From assembly GCA_046045965.1 (NCBI GenBank), contig JBJOKS010000015.1:32001-96000 (forward strand): a DNA stretch of 64,000 nt. Reading direction: 5' to 3'. This stretch comes from Cyanobacteriota bacterium (lineage in GTDB: Bacteria > Cyanobacteriota > Cyanobacteriia > Cyanobacteriales > Nostocaceae). Shown piece after piece: positions 40,322-50,333 of the stretch. The notes under the pieces are model-generated. The model was not told where the DNA came from. It ran no database searches and worked only from the letters and a program-made list of their open reading frames with translations. A program made the position numbers and the translations under genes. Every line of letters starts with the position of its first letter. Positions within the stretch are counted from its first letter, which is position 1.

Positions 40322-42535
40322 GTGGCTACAACTGGTCTCAATCGCAAACAACTGGTTACTACCTCTAAACAAAGCGTGTTTGATCTTAGACAAATAGCTA
40401 CAATTCTGTTTTATCGTCGCTTTTTCATCTTGGGGGTTTCCTGTGCAGTGATGTCAGTTACAAGCCTTCTAGCTGTAATCACGAAACCCATGTACCAGAG
40501 TTCTATGCAAATCATGGTAAGCAATGATTTGGACGAAGAATTACGCTCGCAACAATTCCAAAGTGATGTAAAAAGTGAGTTAAATAACCCTAATATTTCA
40601 TCTTTAGAAAATACCAGTCAGATTCAATTAATGCTGAGTTCTAAACTGGTACAAAAAGCTGTTGACTTACTAAGTTCTGATTATCCCAATATAACCATAG
40701 AAGAGATCAAAGGTAAAAGTGATACTGGTAACCCAGGATATTTGCAAGTCAGACCAGCCTCAGCAATTTCTGAATTTAATCAGGTTGCAAATCAAGTATT
40801 TGTTGTCTCTTTTAAAGATCCGAACCCAGTCAAAACTAAAAGAGTATTGCAAGCTCTACAGAAGGTTTATCAAGACTACAATATTGAGCAGAAAAACCTG
40901 CGTATCAATCAAGGTTTAGCTTTTGTTAATCAGCGATTACCTACATTGCAAAATGACACCCTAGCGGCTGAACAAAGATTAGCTATATTTCGCAAGAAAC
41001 ATAATTTGATCGATCCGCAATTACAAAGTAAAATCTTACTAGAATCTGTGGCTGATCTTCAGAAACAACGCCAAAAAACTCGCTCCCAAATTGAAGATAT
41101 CCAAAGTCGCTACAATAGTCTAGAACAAAAATTAGCATCTTCCCAGCAAAATGCACAATTGGCGGATAGTGTAAGTAGTTCCGGTAGTTATGAAGCTTTA
41201 TTGAATGAAGTTAGAAACACAGAAATGAGTTTAAATCAGGAGCTTTCCCGCTACACTGATAATTCTCCAGTCGTAATTAGACTCAAGGAAAAACGCCAAA
41301 TTCAAATGGCACTCTTACAACAAAAATTGCCACCTGTAGCTATTAATGATCACAACAAAACAGAAAATTCATTTGAGGCTGATAACAAGTTAAAAACCGA
41401 TTTAACAGAATTAAAAAATCAACAAATTTCCCTGATTCAAAAAGAAAACCAATTAGCTAAATCTGAACAGAAAATTCGCTCAGAGCTAAATACATACCCT
41501 GGAATAATAGCAGAGTATAATCGCTTGTTATCAGATGTCACAGTCCAACGGAGAACCCTTGAACAATTGGTGCAATTACAGCAGTCCTTGGGAATGAAAA
41601 TTGCTCAAAGAGGATTTGAATTGCAAGTTTTGGAAGAACCAGATTTGGGAATTTATATTGGCACAAAAAAATGGTTATTGATTATTAGTGGAGTGGTCAT
41701 TGGTCCGATTTTAGGTGTGATTTTAGCCTTGATCTGGGAAATGTTTAATCAGGCTATTTTTTCCCCTTTAGATTTACAGAAGCTGACGAATATCCGGTTA
41801 CTTGGTTCAGTGCCAAAATTGGGTAAACCTAGTTTAAAAACCAGGCTAAAAGACATATTTAGACATAAACGAAAAAAAGCACCATCTGTAATATCCGCAA
41901 GCGAAACTAAATTATCCAGCCATGAAACCCTGGATATGATTTATCAAAATCTGCAAATCTTCAAGAATTCCTTACCTTTTAAATCCTTGATGTTGACTTC
42001 TGCACTACCAGGAGAAGGAAAAACAACATTAGCTTTAGGGTTGGGAGCTAGTGCAGCAAATATGCACCAACGGGTATTAGTCATTGATGCTAATTTGCGA
42101 TCGCCCCAATTACACAAAATTCTGGAAATATCCAATGATTGGGGTTTATCTCTATTATTACTGGATGACATCAAAACTCAATTTCATAATTATATTCAAC
42201 CTATTCACCCATCAATTGATGTTTTGACCGCAGGACCCAAACCAGATAATGCAGCTAATCTACTGAGTTCAGGAAGACTAAAAGAATTAATTGAAACCTT
42301 TGAAAAAATCTATGACCTAGTTTTAATAGACGCTTCTTCTGTCTTAGATAGCGTTGATGCCAGAATGATCGCCTCTGTTTCTAATGGTATTGTCATCGTC
42401 GGACGCATCGGCAAATTAACCCCACAGGAACTAACACAAACAACAGAAATCTTGAGTCAGTTGAATTTAATTGGTATTGTTGCCAATGACGTAAAGAATT
42501 TAGGGAACAGGGAACAGGTGACAGGTGACAGGTGA
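40322..42535 (+). CDS. Wzc/GumC-like polysaccharide co-polymerase
   Basis: Two TM helices flanking a periplasmic coiled coil; Walker A ALPGEGKTT. Confidence 0.88.
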   Translation: MATTGLNRKQLVTTSKQSVFDLRQIATILFYRRFFILGVSCAVMSVTSLLAVITKPMYQSSMQIMVSNDLDEELRSQQFQSDVKSELNNPNISSLENTSQIQLMLSSKLVQKAVDLLSSDYPNITIEEIKGKSDTGNPGYLQVRPASAISEFNQVANQVFVVSFKDPNPVKTKRVLQALQKVYQDYNIEQKNLRINQGLAFVNQRLPTLQNDTLAAEQRLAIFRKKHNLIDPQLQSKILLESVADLQKQRQKTRSQIEDIQSRYNSLEQKLASSQQNAQLADSVSSSGSYEALLNEVRNTEMSLNQELSRYTDNSPVVIRLKEKRQIQMALLQQKLPPVAINDHNKTENSFEADNKLKTDLTELKNQQISLIQKENQLAKSEQKIRSELNTYPGIIAEYNRLLSDVTVQRRTLEQLVQLQQSLGMKIAQRGFELQVLEEPDLGIYIGTKKWLLIISGVVIGPILGVILALIWEMFNQAIFSPLDLQKLTNIRLLGSVPKLGKPSLKTRLKDIFRHKRKKAPSVISASETKLSSHETLDMIYQNLQIFKNSLPFKSLMLTSALPGEGKTTLALGLGASAANMHQRVLVIDANLRSPQLHKILEISNDWGLSLLLLDDIKTQFHNYIQPIHPSIDVLTAGPKPDNAANLLSSGRLKELIETFEKIYDLVLIDASSVLDSVDARMIASVSNGIVIVGRIGKLTPQELTQTTEILSQLNLIGIVANDVKNLGNREQVTGDR

Positions 42536-42657
42536 CAGGTGACAGGTGACAGTGAAAAAACTGATAACTGATAGCTGCATAATAAGTAGAAGTGGCAACT
42601 TCCTCACAAGGAAAAATATCTTTTAAACTTGTAGAGGCTTGTGATTAGACAATCAGC

Positions 42658-43803
42658 ATGAAAATCCAACTTTATTTAGGCGCTTTATTTTCCCGAATTC
42701 AAGGAAAACATTGGTGGATAGGTATCCTCTTATGGTTTGTTTTAGTTGCTCCTGCTCAAGCATCTGTCATCCTGCGCGTAGCAATTGAAAGGGGAGTAAA
42801 TCAAGTTAAAGTTGGTGCTTCCACGACAGCAATAGTTAAAGATAGTGCTGGCCGTACCCTGGGACAACTACCAGGAATGAGTGCTTATGCTGCTCAAGCA
42901 GTTCCAGGAGGAGTAGCTTTAGATAAATGGCAATCTGGTTTATTTTGGATTGAACCAACAGGTAAGGGATTTGTTTATATAGGCGATCGCTGGTTTCGCG
43001 GTAGAACTCTAGTTATCCCCACCGAAAAAGGCTTAACCGCAGTTAACTGGGTAGATTTAGAAGAATATCTTTACAGCGTCCTGGGAGGGGAAATGAACTC
43101 TAGCTGGCCGCAAGAAGCCTTAAAAGCTCAAGCGATCGCAGCTCGTACCTATGCCCTCTATGAGCGCGAAAAACAGCGCAACAACCCCGTTTATGACTTA
43201 GGAGATAGTCCCGACCGTTGGCAAATTTACAAAGGTGTTAGCAGCGAATCTCGCAACACCTACGCCGCAGTAGACAGCACCGCCGGTCAAGTCCTCACCT
43301 ACGACAACCGCATTATTCTCTCCGTATTCCATGCCTGTTCTGGTGGACACACCGAAAACGTAGAAGACGTTTGGGGAAATGCCCTCCCTTATTTACGTGC
43401 AGTCCAAGACTTTGATCAAAACGTCAAAGAATGCAACTGGGTAAGAACTTTCTCCCCAGGGGAAATTAACGCCAGAATTGACGGTATAGGCAACGTCAAA
43501 GATATGATGATCGAATCTCTCTCCCCTTTCCGCAGCGTTAAAACCTTGAGAATTGTTGGTGATCAAGGTACTAAACTCCTCAAAGGTGAAGCAGTCCGTA
43601 CCGCACTTAAACTAAGAAGTACCCGTTTTACCCTCAGCAAAGACGCAAATGGTAACTTTGTCCTCCAAGGATTAGGCTTTGGACACGGTTTAGGTATGAG
43701 CCAATGGGGAGCCTACAATTTAGCTCAACGCGGTGCAAACCACCTACAAATTTTAGGACATTATTACAAAGGTGTAGCTTTAACTCCTATTCAAGCTAAG
43801 TAG
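42658..43803 (+). CDS. SpoIID/LytB domain protein
   Basis: LEEYLYSVLGGEM, EALKAQAIAARTYA and GFGHGLGMSQWGA motifs. Confidence 0.92.
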   Translation: MKIQLYLGALFSRIQGKHWWIGILLWFVLVAPAQASVILRVAIERGVNQVKVGASTTAIVKDSAGRTLGQLPGMSAYAAQAVPGGVALDKWQSGLFWIEPTGKGFVYIGDRWFRGRTLVIPTEKGLTAVNWVDLEEYLYSVLGGEMNSSWPQEALKAQAIAARTYALYEREKQRNNPVYDLGDSPDRWQIYKGVSSESRNTYAAVDSTAGQVLTYDNRIILSVFHACSGGHTENVEDVWGNALPYLRAVQDFDQNVKECNWVRTFSPGEINARIDGIGNVKDMMIESLSPFRSVKTLRIVGDQGTKLLKGEAVRTALKLRSTRFTLSKDANGNFVLQGLGFGHGLGMSQWGAYNLAQRGANHLQILGHYYKGVALTPIQAK

Positions 43804-43805
43804 TC

Positions 43806-43910
43806 AGGAGGCAGGAGGCAGAAGGCAGGAGGCAGGAGGCAGGAGGCAGGAGAAATGAAATTTGTAACTTTTGCCTTTTCCTGTTCCCTGTTCCCTGTTC
43901 CCTATTCCCT
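43806..43910. repeat. STRR heptamer tracts (AGGAGGC)n and (TTCCCTG)n
   Basis: Read directly. Similar tracts occur at 42502-42553, 50613-50651 and 61616-61648. Confidence 0.9.
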
Positions 43911-43930
43911 GTCACTTTTTTCCCAATCAC

Positions 43931-45202
43931 CTATTCCCTATCATCTAACAAATTTTGCCTTTTCACCTGCTCAAATTCTTGTTCTAGTAAATCACTGTCA
44001 CTGGAATAAATTAAATCTTCTTTACCAATTACTTTTTCGGTTGCAAACTGATTTGCAAAAGCCATCTTCTGTTGTAAAGAATCATCTGCATTAGCTAAAA
44101 TTCTAGCTCTTTCTAAACGCTCACGGTTACGGACTGCAATTTTACCATTACGCCATTGAATCCAAAAATAACGCGCTAACGGTATTCCTAAAAAACCAAT
44201 TCCATAGACTAACAATAACCAATAAATTCCTTGTACAAAACCAACCAATCCCCCTATTTCGGCTGCAACTGTTCCACCTTTCAATAAACTGCCTAATATT
44301 AAAGCCCCCACCAAATTGACTGCACCCAAACCCGCACTGAGCATAATTTGTCCTGAACTAGCAGCACTAAACCGCCAAGGAATTTCATCTAAATATGGCG
44401 CTATAGACTGACGTTGCTTTTTACTAGCTTTTACCTGCAACTCTGGGAAATAATAAACAATTTGACCATCAGGACTTACCTGGGGTTTGCCATTAAATCG
44501 CACCAACACAGGTAACATATAATCTTCATATTCTTGTTGATATTTCTCACCCAAATTATCCAAATACGGCGCAATTTGTTCCGCTACCACTGCCCCTTTA
44601 TTATTCCTAATCACAGTACCAATATCTTGCCAGCGTCTTTCTTCTAATTTGGCGTTAGGATTTCCATCACCAAACAAAAACGAAAATACAGCTTCCAAAA
44701 AATTGAACTCACTATTTTCTCTTCTTTCTTTTCGTCGTTCTTGATTACCATAATCTGGGCTAAAATACCAGAATAAATCAGGGAAAAAGAAGAAATTGAA
44801 ACCACTAGAATTGCTGCTTCTATTATCTCCATCTCGGTCTGAATTAGCAGCAGTAATAATGATAATGATGGTGACAGTAATCAGCGCAATAGAAGCAATT
44901 AACAAAACACCAAAGGAAATACGAATTAGGTAAATTAGCATTCCCAAAATCTTTTTCCACCATTCTTGCAACCGCAACTGCAAGTATTTGTTACGTAAGA
45001 TAGTTCTAAAATTTTGCGGAAATTGATAAACAATATCACCTGTTTCTGCTACCTGTAAATGTCCACCAGCATCAGACGCTAAAGCTAATAAACCTTGACT
45101 CGCTTCACCTACATTCAAGCCAGCTTGACTAGCTACATCACCCACAGTAACACGGTAGCCCAATTGTTCCACAGATCGCATAATAGCGGGATTGGGAGTC
45201 AT
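43931..45202 (-). CDS. Conserved cyanobacterial/plastid membrane protein of unknown function
   Basis: RVTVGDVA, FSFLFGDGNPN and IVYYFPELQ blocks; TM helices. Confidence 0.75.
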   Translation of the reverse strand: MTPNPAIMRSVEQLGYRVTVGDVASQAGLNVGEASQGLLALASDAGGHLQVAETGDIVYQFPQNFRTILRNKYLQLRLQEWWKKILGMLIYLIRISFGVLLIASIALITVTIIIIITAANSDRDGDNRSSNSSGFNFFFFPDLFWYFSPDYGNQERRKERRENSEFNFLEAVFSFLFGDGNPNAKLEERRWQDIGTVIRNNKGAVVAEQIAPYLDNLGEKYQQEYEDYMLPVLVRFNGKPQVSPDGQIVYYFPELQVKASKKQRQSIAPYLDEIPWRFSAASSGQIMLSAGLGAVNLVGALILGSLLKGGTVAAEIGGLVGFVQGIYWLLLVYGIGFLGIPLARYFWIQWRNGKIAVRNRERLERARILANADDSLQQKMAFANQFATEKVIGKEDLIYSSDSDLLEQEFEQVKRQNLLDDRE

Positions 45203-45354
45203 CGCCTCTCCTCTCCTGTTGTATTTTACAGTTCTTTTATTTAGTATAAATAATTATTTAAAATCCTCGACTTCTGAGAAAAGTTGGGAACTAATGACAC
45301 TTAAATGTTAAAATTAATTACCTGCTTGGTAAACCAGCAAATTTTCTGCCTACT

Positions 45355-45834
45355 ATGGTTCAATATACTCTCGCTCAAAGTCCAGAAATTATTCTGACTG
45401 TTCCTGGTAGAGATTCGGCTAAAGCCCGTGATAAAGCTATGGATCAGTTGATGGAATTGATGGAAGCTGATAAACTACCTACAGAATTGGAAGAAGGATT
45501 TGGTCCTCAACAGTTAATTGAAGTCAAAGAACCAATTACTGATAATACTAGCGGTGAGGATGCCATTACTCAAGCTGTCCAAATTCTCAGCAATTTAGCT
45601 ACATTAAAGTTAAAAGTCCAAGAAACCCGCACTGAAGCTTTAGAAATTCGCAAAGCTGTTGATGTTCTATTTTCTGATAATACTGTGACTGAGGAAGAAA
45701 TTACCCGTCTCAAGGAAGGTTTTAAGGTTCTGAAAAATTTCGCTCAAGCCAATATCCGTTATCAAGAAGCAAAAACCAAAGCTGAACCAGCTAGAGAAGT
45801 TTTAGATCAAGCTCTCAAATCACCGGAAAAATAA
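45355..45834 (+). CDS. Conserved hypothetical protein
   Basis: Clean helical 159-aa ORF beginning MVQYTLAQSPE. Confidence 0.7.
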   Translation: MVQYTLAQSPEIILTVPGRDSAKARDKAMDQLMELMEADKLPTELEEGFGPQQLIEVKEPITDNTSGEDAITQAVQILSNLATLKLKVQETRTEALEIRKAVDVLFSDNTVTEEEITRLKEGFKVLKNFAQANIRYQEAKTKAEPAREVLDQALKSPEK

Positions 45835-45865
45835 CAATCTATCCAAAATCCAAAATCTAAAATCC

Positions 45866-45895
45866 AAAAAAGGGTAGACTTTTTAATCTACCCTT
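45866..45895 (-). terminator. Intrinsic terminator after tRNA-Gln (possibly bidirectional)
   Basis: Stem AAGGGTAGA/TCTACCCTT followed by a T-run on the minus strand. Confidence 0.7.
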
Positions 45896-45902
45896 AATAA
45901 TG

Positions 45903-45974
45903 CTGGGGCGCTAGGATTCGAACCTAGGGATGGCGGGACCAAAACCCGCTGCCTTACCACTTGGCTACGCCCCA
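45903..45974 (-). tRNA. trnQ: tRNA-Gln (UUG)
   Basis: Minus strand reads TGGGGCGTAGCCAAGTGGTAAGGCAGCGGGTTTTGGTCCCGCCATCCCTAGGTTCGAATCCTAGCGCCCCAG: cloverleaf, TTG anticodon, CCA not encoded. Confidence 0.97.
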
Positions 45975-45991
45975 ATGACTCAGCTTTAAAT

Positions 45992-46022
45992 AATATAGCA
46001 GTAACCATATAGGTTCTGTCAA
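45992..46022 (-). promoter_or_regulatory. Putative tRNA promoter
   Basis: TTGACA-N19-TATATT with an extended -10 TG. Confidence 0.45.
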
Positions 46023-46134
46023 GTATTTTTTCAAGAAAAATTTAGAAGTCAGGAGTCAGGAATCAGGAATCAGGAGTAAAACCCTGTTGTAGTGGGAGTT
46101 TCATCAATTGATGTCCTAACCACCCTATCACCTG

Positions 46135-46377
46135 CTATAAATCCACGAATCTTTGAGAAGTCGGAAATTTGGCGCAAAAAAAAGGGAAGGTTTCTATCCC
46201 TTCCCTTGGTTTGTTGTTTTGGTTGTTTTCTGGCTTTTGCTGTTCCTTTTGCTGTTCTTTGAGCTTGTTTCTCAGCATCTGCCTTTGTTTCTTCAGTTGT
46301 CTTTGTCTGGCTGAACCGCCTCGGCCTTTGTCGTTTCTCCCTTCTTTGCGGGGTGATTCCCATCTTTTTAAGCGCAT
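46135..46377 (-). CDS. Small basic protein; candidate ArfA/BrfA-like factor expressed from a nonstop mRNA
   Basis: MRLKRWESPRKEGRNDKGRGGSARQRQLKKQRQMLRNKLK...; terminator inside the ORF. The function is an inference. Confidence 0.6.
   Translation of the reverse strand: MRLKRWESPRKEGRNDKGRGGSARQRQLKKQRQMLRNKLKEQQKEQQKPENNQNNKPREGIETFPFFCAKFPTSQRFVDL
46176..46207 (-). terminator. Intrinsic terminator inside the small basic ORF
   Basis: mRNA reads AAGGGAAGG-GAUAGAAA-CCUUCCC-UUUUUUUU. Confidence 0.85.
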
Positions 46378-46475
46378 AGTGTTTTTTGGGTGAATAATTG
46401 ACTATGAAATGCTATAGACAGCACTTGTCTTATTATACTACAAAATTTTCAATTTTTCCAGAAACTTAGAAGATT

Positions 46476-46729
46476 GAGAACGAACCACTCCAGACGCAGA
46501 GGACACAGAGAGAACTATCTGTTATTTTTGATTAGGTTAACGGTAACATCCTGTACATCCTTTAATCCTGGTTATCCTGATTCAGACTTTTTCGGTTTTG
46601 TGTATAAGTTTTTTAAAGAAACGAACCGCAGAGGCGCAGAGGACGCAGAGAGCAATTTCTGTTATTTTTTAGTAGGTTAACGGTAACATCCTGTACATCT
46701 TTTAATCTTGGTTATCCTGATTCAGACTT
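46476..46729. repeat. Direct duplication (140-nt offset) of a composite GCAGAG / CATCCTGTACATCC...CCTGATTCAGAC repeat
   Basis: 46518-46589 and 46658-46729 are nearly identical. Confidence 0.85.
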
Positions 46730-46754
46730 AATATTTTTCTGTAATCTTTGAATT

Positions 46755-48167
46755 TTACAGTCCACAAGTCTCAACGCGAGAGAAGATAACTCCTCTCCCT
46801 AAACCTCCCACATTCCATTTTAACCGTGCTGGTAAGTGGCCTTCTGGTGCTTTTATATCAAAAGTAATATCTTTGTAGGATAACCATTTTCCTTCTTTTT
46901 TCCATCCTACTCTATCCCCAAAGCCTTCCCAGATTTCAGAATTATACTGTCTCGTTCCCCCTAAATTTTGATATATCCGTTGCTGTACAGAAAATCCAAA
47001 TTTACCATTACTATATTTAAGCCATAGTCTATCAATATTGTACAGGTCATCACAGGGAAAATTATCAATATTTGGAGCATCTAAAAAACCTTCTTTTTGC
47101 CGATTTGCTACTGCTAACATTACCCGCGCTGTTTCCTCATCAGCTTCTTTCCATTTACCTGCTGCTAATAATTTTTCTAGTTTTTGATACTGACTGGTTA
47201 CAGTAACAGATGGTTGAGGAATTGTTACAAGTTGTAGATATGGTGAAGGTGGTACAGGTAAAAATTTAGATGGCGATCGCTTCACATTTTGATCTACAAA
47301 ATTTAACTCCTGAATCACTTCCTTAACAGATTGATAACGATGCTTAGGAATAGGACTTGCTAATTTTTCCAGAATTTTACCTAATTCATCACTTACCACA
47401 TTCCCATTTAAAAAATCTCTCCATACCCATTCCCCTTCTATTGGACTATATAAATCAAAGGGACTAACTCCCGTTAATAAATGCAAACAAGTTACCCCTA
47501 AACTATATAAATCACTAATAAATAATGGTTTACCCATTGACTGTTCAGGAGCGCAATATTCAGCAGATCCAATAATTGTTCCTGTAGCTGTGCGTTGCTG
47601 GGGTTTAACTATTTTCGCTGCCCCAAAATCTACTAAAAATAACTTTTTATCACTGCTAAGAATAATATTTTCTGGTTTAATATCTCGGTGAATTACTTGT
47701 TGACTATGAACAAATTCCAATATTTGCAAAACTTCTATTAATAACTTTCTAATTTGCTGCTCAGAAAAAACACCATTATTATCTAACTCAGTTTGTAAAG
47801 TTTCACCTTTAACAAATTCCTGTACTAAATATTGACGATTATCATAAGTAAAATAAGCCATTAACTCAGGTATTTGAGGATGTTTACCCAACTCCTCTAA
47901 ACGTTGTGCTTCCTGTGCAAATAACTGAGATGCTTTTTCAATACTATCCGTTCCCTGTGCTTGGGGTAAAAATTGTTTAATTACACAAAAAGGTTTTGAT
48001 GGTTTATCCTCATCAATAGCTAAAAAAGTCCTACCAAAACCACCCTGACCTAAAATTGATAGAGGTGCATATCTTTCACGTAAAAGTAACTTATTACCGC
48101 ACTTCTGACAATATTGAAAATTATCAGGATTAGAAAAAAGACAGTCAGGATTAAGACATTGACGCAT
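46755..48167 (-). CDS. Ser/Thr kinase with N-terminal 4-Cys motif and C-terminal GUN4 domain
   Basis: CLNPDC..CQKC, GQGGFG, HRDIKPEN and DFG motifs; GUN4 blocks WKEADEET, WLKYSNGKFGFSVQ and PEGHLP. Confidence 0.93.
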   Translation of the reverse strand: MRQCLNPDCLFSNPDNFQYCQKCGNKLLLRERYAPLSILGQGGFGRTFLAIDEDKPSKPFCVIKQFLPQAQGTDSIEKASQLFAQEAQRLEELGKHPQIPELMAYFTYDNRQYLVQEFVKGETLQTELDNNGVFSEQQIRKLLIEVLQILEFVHSQQVIHRDIKPENIILSSDKKLFLVDFGAAKIVKPQQRTATGTIIGSAEYCAPEQSMGKPLFISDLYSLGVTCLHLLTGVSPFDLYSPIEGEWVWRDFLNGNVVSDELGKILEKLASPIPKHRYQSVKEVIQELNFVDQNVKRSPSKFLPVPPSPYLQLVTIPQPSVTVTSQYQKLEKLLAAGKWKEADEETARVMLAVANRQKEGFLDAPNIDNFPCDDLYNIDRLWLKYSNGKFGFSVQQRIYQNLGGTRQYNSEIWEGFGDRVGWKKEGKWLSYKDITFDIKAPEGHLPARLKWNVGGLGRGVIFSRVETCGL

Positions 48168-48308
48168 AGACTCAAAACCAAGGCTTTGTTCTTATCTTAA
48201 CCCTAATTAATCAAGACTTACGCAAAATATCTCTCAACCCTTCATTTCTCTGCGTCCTCTGCGCCTCTGCGGTTCGTTACTTAAAATGTGAACACCCCAC
48301 AACCTAAT

Positions 48309-50333
48309 TTAAAATCGCTGACCTATACCTATATGCACCCGACTGTTTCCTTGGTCATTAATGCCATAGTCAGCACGAATTAAACCTAAAGGCGAATCAA
48401 CGCGCACACCTGCACCATAACCAAAACCACTACCGGGTTTATTTCGCTCACCCGCAGGATCATCAATCACTGTATCACCAGAACCTAAGTCAGTAGCAAA
48501 GTCAGCAAATATCACACCTCCAGCGATGGGGAAGATGGGAAAGCGATATTCAGCGGAAGCTAATACAAAGCTGCGACCACTACCCACATCACCAGCATCA
48601 TAACCACGCACTGAATTAGAACCACCCAAGTTAAAAGCTTCGTAAGGTGGTAGATCACCAACTACAGTCCCAGCTTGCAGGTTTAAGGCAAATACTTGAG
48701 GCTGTTTACTGTTAAATAATTGTACGGGCATAAACTGGCTATAATTGCCCCGCAGCCGATTCATGGTAATCTGACCATTACCTACAGGTATAGATTGTTC
48801 GGTGCTGAAACTGAGAATAGAACCTTGAGTTGGTTGAACTGGGTTATCCCGTTCGTCTTTGGTAGCTGTGAATGATACGGTAGTGAGGTCATCAATTCCT
48901 GTATCGCTGAAAGATAATCTGTTGTTGTTAGCATCTCTTCGAGTAATATTACCTTGGCGATCGCGAATTGTCACACGAGTATAATTAAGACCAACCGCAG
49001 CATCCCAACCATCTATTTGTTGCTGAACACTCACACTACCGCCAATTTTACCTTCCCGCACTCTTTCTCCATTGGCCAGCCTGATTGTATCGTCAAAGGT
49101 ATCAGAAAGTTGTCGTCTACGAAAGGTTCTGATGTTGTAACCCAAGCGTTCCGGGTTAGTTTCTCGATAAGGACTATTAAAATTAGTGTTAAACAGTATA
49201 TCCTGTCTGTTTACTTCCACATTTGCGGCTAAGGTATCATTCACACCACCAACATTTTGATCTCTATAGCTTAATATCACTGATATCCCATCATCAGCAT
49301 TGTATCCACCGCCTACGTTAACTGAACGCGCTCCTACTTCTTGCAGTTCGTAAATTAAATCTAGTTTTGTTGCATCCCCTTCAAATGCAACATTTACGGA
49401 TTTAAATAAACCTAATCTATATAGAGTTTGTACATCTTGCCGTGCTAAATCGTCTGCAAAGACTTTACCTGGCTTTAATTTGAGTTGCTGTCTGAGAAAA
49501 TCTTCTTTAGTACGTCCTTTGATGGGATTACCATTATTATCCACCTTTTGTCCTTCTTCATTCGCAAAGCGAAATTTGACATCTCCCACTACACCTTCTG
49601 CTACGTTCACTGTGAGGACACCTTGACGGCTGGGTTGAATTGATAGTACCCTCGCTAGGGAATAACCGTTATCTTTATACCACTGGTTTATTTGCTGCAC
49701 TATTTTCTCAAGTGCTGCGGGACTAATATCTTTACCGATCTGATTTTTAAAGTTTTCTAAGGCTACTGTATAGCTGAGAACCTTTGCACCAGATAGTTGT
49801 ATTGCTTGTGCAACTATTGGCTTGACTTGATAGACGACATCCAACCCAGTAGATGTAATGCTACTGTTAACATTGGCACTAGCAAATAAACCAGTCTTTA
49901 AAATTGCGTCTACATCTTGTTGAAGTTGGTTTTGACTGGTTTCTCCCCCGGTCTGGGTTTTAATAACTTTGCGAATTATCTGCTCTAATTCTGAATTAGC
50001 GCCAATTATCTGTACATTGGTAGCGGTAACGAATAAATTAGCATCTGTGACCAAGTTGTTATTATTGTTTCTATTATTAATAGTATTATTCTGTACGATT
50101 ATTTGCTGAGATACTGGCTGAGAGCTAAATTCTATGGCATAAGTAGTTTCTGGATTTGTAGTATTTATTACTGGATTTTCTTGAGATTCCACATAAGGTA
50201 CTACTACCACATCTGTTGTTGCGGTTTTATTCTCTTGATTTGTGGTTTGAGTTGGTGCTGCATTGGCTTGCTGAGTGACATTACTCGCAGCTAAAGTAGC
50301 TAAGGTAAAAATGGCCGCAGAAGAAACTCGCAT
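48309..50333 (-). CDS. Omp85/BamA family outer-membrane protein
   Basis: Signal peptide, POTRA-like regions, GGSNSVRGY motif and C-terminal GIGQRF. Confidence 0.92.
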   Translation of the reverse strand: MRVSSAAIFTLATLAASNVTQQANAAPTQTTNQENKTATTDVVVVPYVESQENPVINTTNPETTYAIEFSSQPVSQQIIVQNNTINNRNNNNNLVTDANLFVTATNVQIIGANSELEQIIRKVIKTQTGGETSQNQLQQDVDAILKTGLFASANVNSSITSTGLDVVYQVKPIVAQAIQLSGAKVLSYTVALENFKNQIGKDISPAALEKIVQQINQWYKDNGYSLARVLSIQPSRQGVLTVNVAEGVVGDVKFRFANEEGQKVDNNGNPIKGRTKEDFLRQQLKLKPGKVFADDLARQDVQTLYRLGLFKSVNVAFEGDATKLDLIYELQEVGARSVNVGGGYNADDGISVILSYRDQNVGGVNDTLAANVEVNRQDILFNTNFNSPYRETNPERLGYNIRTFRRRQLSDTFDDTIRLANGERVREGKIGGSVSVQQQIDGWDAAVGLNYTRVTIRDRQGNITRRDANNNRLSFSDTGIDDLTTVSFTATKDERDNPVQPTQGSILSFSTEQSIPVGNGQITMNRLRGNYSQFMPVQLFNSKQPQVFALNLQAGTVVGDLPPYEAFNLGGSNSVRGYDAGDVGSGRSFVLASAEYRFPIFPIAGGVIFADFATDLGSGDTVIDDPAGERNKPGSGFGYGAGVRVDSPLGLIRADYGINDQGNSRVHIGIGQRF

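Noticed and set aside
43855..44094. 79-aa ORF antisense to the membrane protein gene
   Set aside because: Starts within heptamer repeats and shadows a real gene.
45903..45974. tRNA-Gln as an island integration site
   Set aside because: No integrase and no duplicated tRNA 3' end seen in the window.
46070..46363. Alternative-frame 97-aa ORF overlapping the small basic gene
   Set aside because: Its C-terminus runs through repeat DNA, and the 46377 frame gives the more coherent protein. It also lacks a stop before the terminator.
46476..46729. Possible CRISPR array
   Set aside because: Only two long composite units built from common dispersed repeats; no repeat-spacer periodicity and no cas genes.
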